A stretch of DNA of 64,000 nt from Cycas panzhihuaensis (lineage: Eukaryota > Plantae > Cycadophyta). Shown piece by piece: positions 24,015 through 38,700 of the stretch. Made by a program: the position numbers and the translations under genes. The first letter of the stretch is position 1, and each line of letters starts with the position of its first letter. The stretch is taken from assembly GCA_023213395.1 (NCBI GenBank), contig CM041465.1:133245741-133309740 (forward strand), given 5' to 3'. The notes under the pieces were generated by a model. It saw nothing but the letters and a program-made list of their open reading frames with translations. It did no database searches and was not told where the DNA came from.

Positions 24015-27000
24015 TTTTAGAAATAAATACCGAAATACAGGTTTAGGATTATATAAGATTATGAAATATAAAGACATATAGGTGAATAAATAAAAGAATA
24101 ATATGAACAAACACATAACACATGCTACTTGTAGGGAATGACCACTTCCAATTGTATTATATGAAACTAATATATATTTATAGTACATTTTACTATATGG
24201 CTAGCCAATCATAATTCTGAAGTCGCTTACTCAATCAATGATCTATTACATAAAGAAATGTATGTACCATGACCTCCTAGTACATATCAAAGGGGTAATT
24301 ACAACAATTTAATATTCCCATATATTAACATTTCCTAACATTCCTCGCTTAATGTCTAACCATGTTATATAAGTTTTAAATATGATGTCAAATCTATATA
24401 AAAACCAAATATCTATTAGAGAATATGGATAACTAACTATTTTACTTACTAGTTCTATAGAATGACATTCTTATACATGGTTCACTAATATTTGCCTATT
24501 AGTTAGCCTTCACCTACTCTCACTTCGCTTACTTTTAGTTCTCCTAATTGAGGCTCACCTTTAGGAGAAAAATTGAGTTAAAAACCCTTAGCCCCATCTA
24601 TTATACCATGGAACAAATCTATAAAAATGGTTATATAATCATAAACATATGACAAAACATCTTTTCTTAAGCCATAAGCTCTATTTTAACATCTTCTTAA
24701 ATTAAAGTCTAAACTTCACACCATTAAAACTGCTCTAAAAAATATTCAAAGCATATAATGTGACCATTCATTGAAAAGCCCATGAGTTAGTTTTGAAATA
24801 CAATTAATAATACTTAATTTTAATGCCATATATGTTGAGAAAACCTAGTTTTAAATAACCAGAAACTACCCACCAATATCTATCTATTTTGCAACAAGAA
24901 TAATATTCAAAATGGTAACTAAATGTAAGTACACAAACTAGAGATCATTCAATATACACACTAAAACATATATATTACCAAGTACACAAGATATAGCATG
25001 GTAAAACCCTAGTAGAGTACTAGGGAAATATCCACATAGGAAAGGTATCGATCTTTATTAATCAAGAATGAAGATTTGTATATCAACTACCTAGTGCTCA
25101 CAATAATAACAACTAGTAGCTATTTATGATATAATAGAATGTGATACAATGATTTAATTAAAAACCTAATTACCTAATATGGATTACATATAAGAAGGTA
25201 AATCAATCACAACCATTAGATCTAGGGCCTTTTTGATGAATGGTCCTGATTCTCTTTACAATTTACTAGATTTTGAACCCTAACTTTTTGTTTCGAGGGC
25301 TACCACCCCCGCACCCCCGACGAAGGAGGATTGTTGCCCCACTTGGATCCCCTCAGAAAATTAGTGGGGAAAACTACATTGAAAAATATCCAAAACTTTA
25401 GCCTCCTTATAATTGTTGTCACATACCTAACAATATGAGGGAGATATCACAATTTTTGTATACACAAGTACCCTTTTAGGTGAAAAAGTAAAAAAAAAAA
25501 AAAAAGACTTTTAATGTTGTCCCCTGGTCATATTAAAGCACCCATATGACCTTAAGGGGGATTTAAGGATATGAAACAATATTATAAAATAAATTTATAT
25601 AAGTTTATAATGTTATAAACTTTAGTTTATGAAAAATTCACTTATTATTGATTATTTTTCTTTATACAACTTGTGCATGGTTATGGATATTTTGGCAACC
25701 CTCGACCCTTTTTCTTCTATGTTTTTTAACTCTAAAAGATTTATACATATAGACTTAAGCACTAAAAACCTTATGGAAGAGTTAGATTTGTGAAATACAT
25801 GCTCAACACTAAGAAATCCATGTTGGGAGTTGCCTAATACATACTGATTCTACCTAACACACCTGTTGAAGTCACCTAGCCTTCAACATCTATTTAATTC
25901 ATCAAAATAGATAAAATTTCTCTTATATAATACACCTTTTGTAGATAATGCTAATATAAAATAGAGATATCACATAGAGAAAAAAATGGCCCAAAATCAT
26001 TATGGAATTATCTAACTATCAATACTATTGCATAAACCCTTAGACCAAATTCCAACTCTTAAAGGAGCTTAGAGATCTCTATTTTCCTTTAAAATCTCTA
26101 TCATAAACTACATCTATATCTACTCTAGATAAAAAGTAGAGGAGTGCATAATAATTCACATGAGATCTATCAGTTATCCATGCAACTTCTCATTATTAAA
26201 CAACAACCAATAGCCTCTAACTTACTGATGGGGTGGTACCTAATAAACCCTAATGAACCTACTCCTATCATTAGAATTTCACACTAGTAGTAAAATTCCT
26301 TTATAAATTAGTCAATAAGCTCCACTTTAAAGCCTTAAATATGCTAGTTTCTTCATATGAGCCTATAAATTATCTATTCCTCCAAACCATTCTACAACAC
26401 CCTCATCAATTTTGGTTAACATAACAAAGGGTAAACTTATGGCCTTCTTGCCATATCATTGGCTTAATAGGGTGATTAGGCTTGTATCTAAGGCCCCACT
26501 CTTAGACTCATGCATAATACCTATATGTATATTGATAAAACATATAAGTAACTAATCTGAAAAATGAATCAAAATATGTGGTAAACCTTTATGGTATTCA
26601 TGATAATGATAACACCTACACTCTAATTAGATTTTCACATATAAGTACTAACATGTTCCAAGCTTATAACACTAACATACTCTAGGCACTCTATAAACCA
26701 TGGTTTTAAACCATCTATAACCTACAATAGTACTTCACCTAATAAATGGACAAACTACCCCTCTCATTGATCATAAACATGCATACTTAAAATAAGGTTA
26801 GAATATACCTTTAATACATGGACACACTCATAGTTTTATAGCTTAATTAGGGTTAAAATAGGCTTAAACCTTAGACTTTAATACTAGTTATTAGAAATAA
26901 ATACTGAAATATAGGTCTAGGATCATACCAAGACTATGAAACCTAAAGATATGTAAGTGAATAAATAAAAGAATAATATACACAAATACATAACACAAGC

Positions 27001-27215
27001 TACTTATGGAAAATAACCTCTTCTAATTATGTTATGTTAAATCAATATATATTCATAGTACATTTTACCACCTAACTATCAAATTATAATCCAAGAGCCA
27101 CTTAGTCAACCAATGACCTATTACATGAAGAAGTATGTGCACCATGACCCCCTAGTACACATCAAATGGGTAATTAAAATAATTTAATATTTCCATAGGT
27201 TAACATTACCAAAGA
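24015..27215 (-). mobile_element. 3.2 kb LTR element with ~326 bp LTRs (24015-24340, 26889-27215) and no recognisable pol
   Basis: Direct-repeat LTRs; PPT-like ttcctcgcttaat after the left LTR; decayed iMet PBS actttaatacta before the right LTR; degenerate TSD atcta/gtctt. Confidence 0.8.
24833..25432 (-). repeat. Solo LTR (~600 bp)
   Basis: TGTTGA...CTAACA termini, TSD atata/atatg; its terminus resembles the copia LTR at 28868. Confidence 0.6.
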
Positions 27216-28867
27216 GTCTTAAGGATAACATTTAAATTTAACTTAAAACACCATCCTTAATAAATTTGAGGGTAGTTATATCCATAGCAAAGGCAATTGA
27301 GGCAAAGTTTATAGTGAAACAATTAACTTCTTCTTTACAAGATCAACCATTCTACTAATATCTTTGGCCAGAAATCCAATGAATGAACCCTTTAAATCTC
27401 TATCACAATCCTTGACTAATAGTCTAATAATGCCAACAAAATAACCCTCTAGAGCAAGAACCCCTTAAATGGTCTTCATCTCTATTGTATTCCTCCTAAG
27501 CTAAAACAAATAGATGATGTGAGTCTACTCTTTATAAAAAAAGTGTAGAGAAATAGACTCCTCGTCATCCAAAAATGTGTAAAGCCTAATGAATGGTTTT
27601 CACCATTGACCTTAACCTTACTATAGATTAGGATTTTAACTTAGAAGAGGACCCAAGTATTTATACCCCTCCCAAATCCTCCCCTACCCTTTAATCTGTA
27701 ATAACTTTGACCACCCTTTCCTTTACCTTCTACCCCAAACCTCTAGAGGTCAAATGCATATTGTATAATACTCTTATGATTATCGTTAGTAATAGTGGCA
27801 CCTCCCTAAATTTTATTGATATCTCCCTTGCCAAAAAGTTAAACTTATATATCGTTCCAAAAATTAGTTTTTCTTACTCTCTCCCTTACTACCAAGTACT
27901 CCATTATTTAGGAATCATTAAAAATATTTATACCAACTAGGAATATACCATTTAGTATCAGATTTCTATTTTGTTTCTATTGGCAACTTAAATGCCATCT
28001 TAAGTGTCCAATAGTTGTAAACTTTAGGAACTTATAACACCAACAATTCTCCTACCAAACCCTTTATACTCTTCAAAGATCCTCCTGGGAAAACCTACAA
28101 GCTCCATGGTATAACCCCACCTTCTACTTAAAAATACCAAAAAAATAGTTTAGGACTTATAGCTTATCTCAATAATATTGAAGTACCTCCTCTTATACTC
28201 CCCCATATCTTACAACTTTCCATCCCATTTCATACCCCTTTTTATACTTCTTACTTTAGTATAATGACTATCCTTATAGATTTCCTTACTCTATTCACTA
28301 AAGAATAGGTTATCATGGACTCCATTAATGACATTCAAGCTCTATACAATTCCTTTAAGGTTAGCTTTAACTAGAATATAATAGAAGGGAATCTAGTAGT
28401 GGTAGAAGCGAGACCAACTATAGAGTTTGTTTGTCACCTTTAACATCATTGCTAATTTAGGGACTTAATATTTAAGGGAAGAGGATATGTTATATAGCTA
28501 ACCTAACCATGTAGGATCTATCAACTAGCACATATGACCACTTGATATAACAATTAGTATTAGCCCTTAACATATGTACGGGCCATTTATTCTTGCCAAT
28601 AATATTCTTATAGAGAGGTCACTCTTATCTATAAAAGGCCTCACAGAAGTAGAGTAGGGTTATCAAATATATGTAATCTTATATATTGGAATACTATAAT
28701 ACTACTTTGATTCTCTTTAGTGATCTTAGTTTATAATTAATTCTTATTTAATAATAAAGATTATGCCCTTTAAGTTACTTATTATATATTCTACTGTAAT
28801 CATTAGGACTGGTTTGTCTCACCATCTTTGACACCCCATTCCCTAACACACCCTCCATATATATAAT

Positions 28868-30900
28868 TGTTAGATATGTTGAGCACTTTGCAAGTGTTAC
28901 ATGGGTATAAGCATTACATCCAAGCCCTTTTATGGGGGTTCGGGGGCGAGAGCCCTCAAGAAAAATTTTGAGATGCCTTACGGAGGTCTTTGCCAGTCTA
29001 TGGTTTATGCCCATTGTATTGTAAAATTGTAAAGTGGTATCTTATAATATTGTGTTTATATATTCTTATGTAATGACACATGTAATAGGGTTGTGGTAAT
29101 GAGTTGATGAGAAGAGTTAGGGTTTATTCATCTCTATAATTCTTTAGCTATTACTCAGATTAATAAAAGGTCTATGCTTAGACCTAAATTTCTTCGTGTT
29201 CTTTATTGTATGCTTGGATTATTTATACTATTTGTTCTTTACATGGTTTAGAGTTCTATTATCACATTACTTCTACGATTATATTTTCTCTTCATTTGGT
29301 ATCAGAGTTAAGGGTTTTAATTTTATGGGAAGCCATTTGGTAAGTAGGAGCTTCGTTTGATGAACTTGGGTGGAAAGATTATGGTAAGCACTACAAAGAT
29401 AGAGATTAAAAAGTTCAATGGCCAAAACTTTGAGTTGTGGAAGCTAAAGATAAAAGATATCCTTATCAAGAAGGATCAATGGATCACTATAGCACGAACA
29501 AAGACTACAACTATGGGTAATGAAGACTAGAAGAAGCTTGATAAAAAGGCAATCAGTTCAATAAGGTTATACCTTTCAAACACGATATTATTAAATGTTA
29601 CCACATAGTCTATAGCCAAAGATCTGTGGAGAAAGCTAGAGGCTTTATATCAGACTAAGTCCTTAGTTAATAAGCTATTTCTTCAAAAAAAACTATATTC
29701 ACTCAGGATGAGTAATGAAGATATAGTTGCAGATCATCTCATTATATTTAAAACCATGGTGAGCCAACTTGTTTCAACTGGGATAATAATATCTAAAGAA
29801 GACAAGTGTATTATCCTATTATGTTCACTTCTTGATTCCTAGGATAATCTTATGATGACAATTAACAGCATGGTTACTACCACCTTGAAATTTAATGATG
29901 TTATTGCTGCTATTCTATCAAAAGAGACAAGGTAAAAATCTTTTGAGGATTATTCAAAAGAAGCATGAGAGGTCAAATATTAGATTATAACCAACAAAGG
30001 GCTAGGAACATATGGCCAAAATCTAGAGGAAAATCTAAATCTCTAGGTAGAGGCCCCTTGGTATGCTAGAGATGTGGGAAGGTTGGTCATATAAATAACT
30101 AGTGTCAAGTTAAGGTTCATAAGGGAAAGTCACCTAAAGCTACTTCTTCCATGGTAGAAAAATCCTCTAATGAAGTTGATGGTGATGTTTATTTGGCAAT
30201 CTTAAGTAAGCCATTAAATGTTGAGTCTTAGTTAATTAACTCTGGTGCTTCACTTCATGTTACTCCCTATAGGGAGTGGTTTTGTGAATACACAAGTATT
30301 AATAGAGGTGAAGTATTTCTTAGGGATCATTACCCATATAAAATTATGGGTTGTAGAAGGGTGAAGGTTCAATTTAGGGATGTAAGGGTTAAAATTATCT
30401 CTAATGTGAGTCATATTCTTAGTTTAGCTATGAATCTATTATCTATCAGTTGATTGGATAATGTAGGAATAGAAGTGATTTTTAATAAAAGCAGTTATAG
30501 AATGGTTCGAGGGACAATGGTGTTAGTAAGAGGGGTTTGATTTAGAGTACTATATAAGCTTGATACAAGCATACTTTATGTTGGCAATTACTATCTAACT
30601 ATTATAAAAAGTAGTAATAATATAGGCAGGACTTAAATATCACTTGCTAGTAAAATTATTCTATGGTATCAGAGATTGGGCCATATTAGAGAGAAAGGCC
30701 TTTATGATTTATTCTCTAAAGATATGACATAAGACATCTCTAGAATTAATGGCTCTTTTGATTTTGATTTCTGTGAGTGTTGTGTATATGGCAAATAAAA
30801 CCAGTTCAGTTTTCCTTCAAGCTCGAATAGAGTAAAGGGTATTCTATAATTAGTGCATAATGATGCTTTTGGACATGTTGATGTGCCTTCATTAGGTGGG
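28868..30900 (+). mobile_element. Ty1/copia (Tnt1/Tork-like) 5' part: LTR 28868-29294, PBS 29297-29307, gag-PR-start of INT from 29381, truncated at ~30900
   Basis: TGGTATCAGAG PBS; MVSTTKIEIKKFNGQNFELWKLK; zinc knuckle; LINSGASLHVTP; LWYQRLGHI; ends VHNDAFGHVDVPSLGG. Confidence 0.88.
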
Positions 30901-31572
30901 TGCAAAGCATAGTAATCTACATTTCAAGTAGTTTGCCATCCATTTTAGCTTTATTTGGTTCTGGTTTAGCTCTTCTTTCTTGTTGCTTCTCTTTCTTTAC
31001 TTGTTTTAAAGGAAAAAGTTAGAAACAATTGATCAATTGAAAGATAAGAGCCATTATGAGGCAAATTTATGCATTAAGAAAGAAGTCTTGATTCCATAAA
31101 TTTATTGTTTGCTTGATTTTACTTTTAAGATTATTTTCTTTTCCTTGACAAGAGAATTTAAAGTGTTAAATAGAAAGTGCATGCTTGATTTTTTTAAGAT
31201 TATTAGAGATTCAAGAATCATTTTAGAGTCTTTCTTACTCTAATTAAGATAGAATCTTCAAAGTTGTGTAGTTAGTATCTTGTATGAGGATTGTTATTTG
31301 TAAATAACTTTAAAAGATCTAAAAATTTATTTTAAACAATAGTAATACATCTTTAAAGCCTTTCTTTTTGCATTATAGAACATTCATTCAAAGAAAAGAT
31401 TACATGCATGGGAAGTAAAATCTTTTAAGTATCATTACATGTTATCAAAATTCTTTGAAATCTTGTATATGGTATGTTGCATCTCTCATTAGTGTGTTTT
31501 ATTTCCTTTCATGGTAAAGTATATATATTACATCTAAAAGGTTAGTTTCATAGTTGCATTAGTATCCTTCAT

Positions 31573-31715
<143 letters not shown>

Positions 31716-32478
31716 CATATTGCATGCACCTATTTCTAGTTCTTCCTTGCTTATTATTTGAAGGTAGAGTAGGCATTGCTATTTCATAGATTACCTTGGT
31801 TTATTTCATTTTATATTGTTGAATACAATAAAAATAAAATAATAATAATAATAAACAAAAAGAAAAAGAAAGAAAGTTTTCTATTTGCTTAACCCTTTTC
31901 TTTATCTAAGTAAAACTCAAAAGGTTGAAAAGATCAAAGGATAGGAGTCCTTAGGAAGGATATTGAAAATATTATTAGAGTAGTTCCAAATCTAGAACTC
32001 CTTCACCTAATTGTGTAGGTTAGTGGATTCTCCCACCCACCTTACATCCAAGTCTTTTGTCATGTTCTTTATCCATATCTTATTTGATAGCATAACTAGG
32101 TGAAGATTCCTTCTTAAGAGTTGGGCAAAGGTGGTTACTTAGGTCTTCTTAAATCTTATATCCCCTGGTTCTAATTGACATAAAGAAAACACCTTGTTGA
32201 TTGAGAGATATCTAGTTTAAGTCCACCCCAAACAACACCACTAACTTAATAAAATAGAAAGAAAGAAAAGAAAAAAGAAACATAGATTTTTAACTTGTAT
32301 CTAGGTGCATTGGGTTAGTATACTTTTATTGCTTATTGTATACGCATATTATAAGATCTATGTTATTTTTATGTAATTAAAAACCTCATCCTTAACTGAT
32401 ATTTAGGAGTGTATTATTTTGATTTCTTACTTATATGGTATGCCCTATTATCTCTGTGAGAGAGTTTTCGATTAATTG

Positions 32479-35400
32479 TATTAGAAACCATATATAAATA
32501 AATCATTTATGTGTACAACAAGCATGAAATAAACAAGTACATAATGAAGAATTAATGTGGAAAACCTTTCGATAAAAACTCACTATAAAAAATTTAATTA
32601 CATTGATACAAAATTGTAATGTATAATGGACTCTAGATCCCTTTAAATAGATCCACAAGTACCTCACATATTACATCTGTCAGCCTACATAATAATAAAT
32701 TAGATCACATTATAATATTTATATGTATACACTATATAAACATTAGTCAAATAGATAAAATACCACTCTAACATCCCCCCTTAATATAAATGTAGGGTCT
32801 TGAAGTCTTCCTAGGGTTGGACCATGCTTTATCTTTATCCTTGTTGATATATACCCCCTTTAAGATAACTTCAATGAGTCCCAAATTTATATGAATCTTG
32901 ATGAAGTGATCTTTAGTAAGATCTTTGATGAATATATTCGTAAGTTATTCTTTACTTGGACAAAATTCAACCTGTAACTTCCTTAATTTGATATGTTGAT
33001 AGATGTAATGGTGTTTCATCTTGATGTGATTTATATGTGCATGAAATTTTGGATTCTTTAAAAGTTAAATAGTACTTTAATTATAAATATGTATAATAGG
33101 TATGTTAGAAGATATTCTAAGAGTCTCCAAAAGTTCCTGCAAGCATACAACTTCCATCATACCTATACTTAGTCCTTTGTACTTAGCCTCTATAGAAGAC
33201 AATGTAATGGTAGACTGTTTTTTGGATTTCTATGATATAAACCCATTGTTAATATCAAAAATAAATCCTATAGTTAATTTCTTATCTTCTACATCTCCAC
33301 CCTAATTGACATCAATATACCCATGTAATTTTACCTTTCAACCATGAAGGTATTTAAGGTCAAGATTAAGTGTTCCCTTAGTATACTTTAGAATCCTCTT
33401 TGCAATAACCCAATGAGGTTCTTGGTGACTCTACATATAATGAGATACTATTCTAATAGCATAAATAATATTAGGCCTAATATGAGTTAAGAAAACCAAA
33501 CTCCTTACTATTTACTGATATAAAGTCCCATCTATAACTGGCTTGTTCATATCCTTCAAAAGTTTTATGCCCTTTACATATGGTATCTTCACTAGTTTAT
33601 AATCCTTCATCCCAAATATATAAAGCAAATTTTTAGTATACCTTAATTGTGACATCATGATGTGATCATCCATTTGCCTAATCTCAATGTCTAAGAAGTA
33701 ATAAAGTTGCTTGAGATCTGTCATATTGAAAGTATGTCCCAAATAGGACTTTGTAACTATAATACTCTTATTACAATTGCATGTAATAACAAAGTTGTCA
33801 ATATAAAACACAATAATAACTATTATAGTTCTATTATTTTGAATATGAAGACTTGACTTTAATTCTATTATTACAAGACCATCCTCCTTCAATCTAGTAT
33901 CTGTCTTATCATACCAAGTACATGTTGCTTATTTTAGGCAATAGAGAAATTTCTTCAAGTAACACACTAAATGCTCTTATCCTTCCTTCATAAAACCAAG
34001 AGGTTGAGCCATATAGATCTCCTCTTTCATAACTTTATTAAGGAATGATGGCTTCACATCCATTTGATATAACTCCCAACTATATGTAGCTACAAAAGCA
34101 AGGATCAATTAGACCATTGACATTTTGGAGACTAGTGAAAATATTTCCTCATAATTGATTCCTTATTTTTATTTGAAATATTGTATAATAAGTGTAGCCT
34201 TATACTTATCTACCTCTCTATTAGAGAGAATCTTCATCTTATAGATCCACTTATAACCGACTAGGTTTATGGATGGAGGTAAGGGAACTGAATCCCATGT
34301 ATCATTCTACATGATCAAACTATACTCCTCTTCCATTGCAACTCTCCATCTTGGATCTTCTTTTTCTTCCTTGTATAAAATAGGATCATTGGAATCTTTG
34401 TTGTCTACCACCAAAGTTTGATTAGCATGTTGACTTCTTATTCTTTTTCTATCTTTAAAATCTTCTATTATTACATTAGATTCCTCAATAATCCTCTTAG
34501 TCCATAATAGAATACATAATGTTGTATGTTTCTCTTCTTGTAATGGTTCCTCATTATTACTCTCACTTGGTCCAACTTTCATTTCTAACATAATGTTAGG
34601 ATCTTGAACCCCTACAACTGTTGAAATACAACTTAGAGAGGGAAGAAGTGGATGATAAAATCTATCTTTAGATGACCTCTCAGTATGGTATGTCAATGAA
34701 TCATAAAACTTAACATCCCTACTAACCAAAAGCTTCTTCTCATATGGATGCCAAAGTTTGTAAGCCTTATTTTGTTATGAGTAACCTATAAAAATACACT
34801 TTAAACTCTTATGATCCAACTTCTTTCGATGTGTGTCTAGGATGTATGCATATGCAATACACCCAAATATCTTTATATAATTAATGTAAGGTTTCTAACT
34901 AGTCCAACACTCTTCAGGGGTAATACCACAAACAACTTTCATAGGTGTCCTATTCAGAATATAAATAGTTATCACAGTAGCTTCTACCCAAAATATTGGA
35001 GGTGGATTCTTTGCATGTACTATATACCTTTCCATCTCTATCATGGTGTGATTCTTCCTCTTTATAACAATATTTTGTTCTGGGGTATACAGGACAACTA
35101 ATTCCCATTTGATATCATGATTAAGGTATAATTAATTGTCATACTCCTTTCCATTATCATTGCTCAAAATCTTTATTTTCTTATCATACTCATTCTCAAC
35201 ACTAACTTTCCATTCATAAAAATGATCAAATATATTAGACTTATTTTTCAAAAAGAATACCCAAGATTTCTTACTATAATCATTTGTAAACACAAGGATA
35301 AGTCAAGCATCAAAAATAAAAGGATTTGATAAGGGTCCCATTAGGTTAGTATGTACAAGTTCTAACCTATCCTCTTTTCTCTAAGCATAATTCCTAGTAA

Positions 35401-36752
35401 ATGGATCATGATGCTGCTTTCCATACATGCATCCTTCACAAATACCTTTTGAATATGGAACTTATGGTAAACCTACCATAATATTTAACCTATTCATAAG
35501 GTTGATGCTTCTATAGTTAAGATATTCCAAACGCTTATGCCATAACTTACTCATATCATCAGTACTAGTAACAAAAGTATAAGAATCCTTTTGAGCTCTA
35601 TATTTCTCTAACACCCAAAATTTATCTTGTACTCTCATAGTAGAAATAATAGAGAAGTTATTCTTAGGATCTTTAACTATACATCTATTATTTTAAATAT
35701 TAATCTTCATACCATATTTATAGATTTCTCAGGTAGAGAGAAGATTAAGTTTTATCTTTGGCACATAATAAACACCATTAAATTTACCTCTTACAAGTGA
35801 AATAAAACCAACATCTTCTATAGGTAACATACGAGCATCTCTAAGAATTATATTAGTATTACTTGTACCTACATCCAAGGCATTAAAGTTTTACTTCTAA
35901 AAGGTGATGCATTTCTATGCATCAGAATCTAGGATCTAATAGTCTTTCTAATTTGACTCACCTGATAACGTTGATACCTTAATACAATGTATTACTACAC
36001 TCTTCCCCTTATCATCTTGGTTAGCCTTGTGCTTAACCCACTTCTTAAACCAATAATTCTTTTCTTTGTGGCCCTCTTTCTTATAATAATTACACTTGCT
36101 CATAAACTTCTTCTTCTTATGAGGTGTCTCACCTATTTTCTATGTGGGCTTACCCTCTTGAATAACATCTTTCCTTTGTGTCTTCATAACTAAAGCATGT
36201 CTTGAATTTAAACCAACAAACATTCCATGATCATTCACCCTTTAAAACTTTATCACTAGTATAAATAGTTTGGAAGGTTATAAATGTAATTGGCTACTTA
36301 GACATGATAATAACAAAGAGCAGTGCATCATCAATTAAGTTTGACTTTAGTTCATCTAACCTATTCCTTAAACTAATGATTTTATTCAAGTATGCATTAA
36401 TGTTATTCTTATTCTCTAACTTTGAATTTAATAATTCCATCATAAGAGTAATATGACAGTTTGTTTTCTTCTTTTTAAACATCTCACATAGCTTAGTCCA
36501 TATCTCCTATAGAGTTTTAAGGTTATGGACTAAAACTCTCTAGTTTAGAGCTAAAGATAACTTAAGTAATCCTATAACCACGAATTATTTTTCTTTAGTA
36601 TGTATACATTCTTTCTTATATAAGGAAATGACTAATGTTTTAGATTTAGTAATACCCCAAAGTTGGTTAACCATGAGGACTAGTTCCATGTTTGCCTTCC
36701 ATTTGTTGAAGTTATTCCTATTAAAAGTAATTAGAGGAACCAGCTTCTCCAT
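32479..36752 (-). mobile_element. Ty1/copia element: decayed gag-pol (36752 to ~32870), PPT 32774-32783, 3' LTR 32479-32773; 5' LTR not seen
   Basis: gag MEKLVPLITFNRNNFNKWK; INT YTPEQN and VSRDVKF; RT YQMDVK, YIDNFVIT, MTDLKQLYYFLDIEI; RH FHAHINHIKMKHHYI. Confidence 0.9.
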
Positions 36753-38047
36753 GACATAAAAAATTACAAATACAAATACCCTAAGCCAACTTTCGATAGT
36801 CTATATTCCCCCCAAAAAATAATTTATTATGAATAAAAATAATTTGTTATCATATTTATTAATATTTTTATGAGTGGGATTTTATGTGGATCCATAACTT
36901 TATATTAAGTATTATATATGTGATAATATCATATATTCTAATAACTAATATACTAAGAATGCCCTTATATATGAACTTCTCCTAAGTTTATTTATAATTG
37001 GATAATTCTTTATATATTATCTTTTACTAATCCAAAGTAAGATGAAGTTTTCCAACCTTCATTTCTTTCTTCACTTTCTCTTTAATTTTATTTCTAATAA
37101 TCTTTCATTATCACCCTATTCTAATATTTTTAGTATAATATTTAATTACATAAGTTAAGTTTAATTAAATCACACCACTCTCTCCATTTTATTATTACTA
37201 AAATATGAACACCATAAAGAAGTGTGCTAGTGTTTACAACTATATATTAAATTTCTATTAGATGTATTAATAGTTCTCTTAGATGATTGGACTTGTAAGC
37301 TATGAGTGTTCTTATAAGTACATATAATTTTTCAATATGACATCAAAGAGTGATCATGATTTTAGTCTATTATTATGTTATGATTCTATACATACTTCAT
37401 CCTATCTTGTTTCTCATTATATTGCTTTATATTCACCATGTATATTGAGTCTTATTTCAATATGTTGTTGATGATATTCTTAAATCATAAATTTATAACT
37501 AATAAGTGGTATTAGAGCTTGACTACTTACATTATATTCCCAGTAAGTGGTATTAGATCTTAGGTTTCCTAAAATATCAAAGTTAATGGAATAAGTATAA
37601 TATTTATATAGCCCTATAATGATGTATATTCAATACATTCAATTCAATTCAATGTAAATATATTTCTTAAAGGAATATTTATTAGACTTACTTTTATTTA
37701 TTTTTGGTAGTGGATGTGAGACCCACTATAAGTGGTATTAGAGAACTTTTCTAGAATTTAGAAAAAAAAAAAAGACCAATATAAAAAATTATCCTTATTG
37801 GGTGCATTAACCTTTATCTCAATAGTAACCATAACATCTTCATACAAGCCTCTTTTTTCACCTTTACCATAAAGGAAGTATAGTATATATATAGTTAATA
37901 TATGCAAAATAGATAAATCATTATAAAATGACCTATGCATGAATGTTTAATATATATATATATATATATATAGAAGCATCAACCTTATGAATAGGTTAAA
38001 GATTATGGTAGGTTTACCATAAGTTCCATATTCAAAAGATATATATA

Positions 38048-38230
<183 letters not shown>

Positions 38231-38366
38231 CATGTTTATGGAGTAAAATATATAAAGTAAAGTCTAGCAAAAAATCATATTTATAGTCAAACTTATGAGG
38301 ATTAAACTTGAATAGATCTAATATGACCATCCCCTTACTCATTGACTTGTAAACATATCAATACCA

Positions 38367-38700
38367 TGTTGGGATAATGCCCATATTAAGGCCATTCTCA
38401 TATTCTTATTTGTTAGATAATGGTTAGATTTCTCTAGTGTTTATTAACATTAAGTAGTGGTGGAGCTTGAGGAGAGATATGCTAAACACTCTCAGTCCTG
38501 GTTATTTACCTATGGGGTCAAAAAACCCTAGTGTTCATCAACACCACCCTTTAATCCTATCATTTGTTTATCTCTTTCCTTCTCTATTAAGTGTTTATAA
38601 TTTGCATATCAATATTTTCTATCAAAGCCTATCTCTATTTGAAGAATATTTAGATGTATACTTTAGTCTCTATAAGTAAAATTATTTACATTTACATATC
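38367..38700 (+). repeat. LTR-like repeat, copy 1 (copy 2 at 48155-48485)
   Basis: tgttgggataatgcccatattaaggcc.. versus tattaggatgataccccatattagggcc..; followed by PBS-like tggtat. Its relation to the enclosed copia pol is uncertain. Confidence 0.65.

Larger units (their letters stand above)
23630..28867 (+). mobile_element. Decayed Ty3/gypsy element with gag and protease only, split by the 24015-27215 insertion; PPT ~28474-28485, 3' LTR from 28488
   Basis: gag DWINKLKYYF..FASLHLKGKSYHWF resumes after the insertion as LKDNI..SIAKAIEAK. Protease is IIVSNSGTSLNFID..DFYFV..AILSVQ*L*TLG. No RT is visible before AAGGGAAGAGGA-TA-TGT. The 5' LTR was not identified. Confidence 0.7.
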
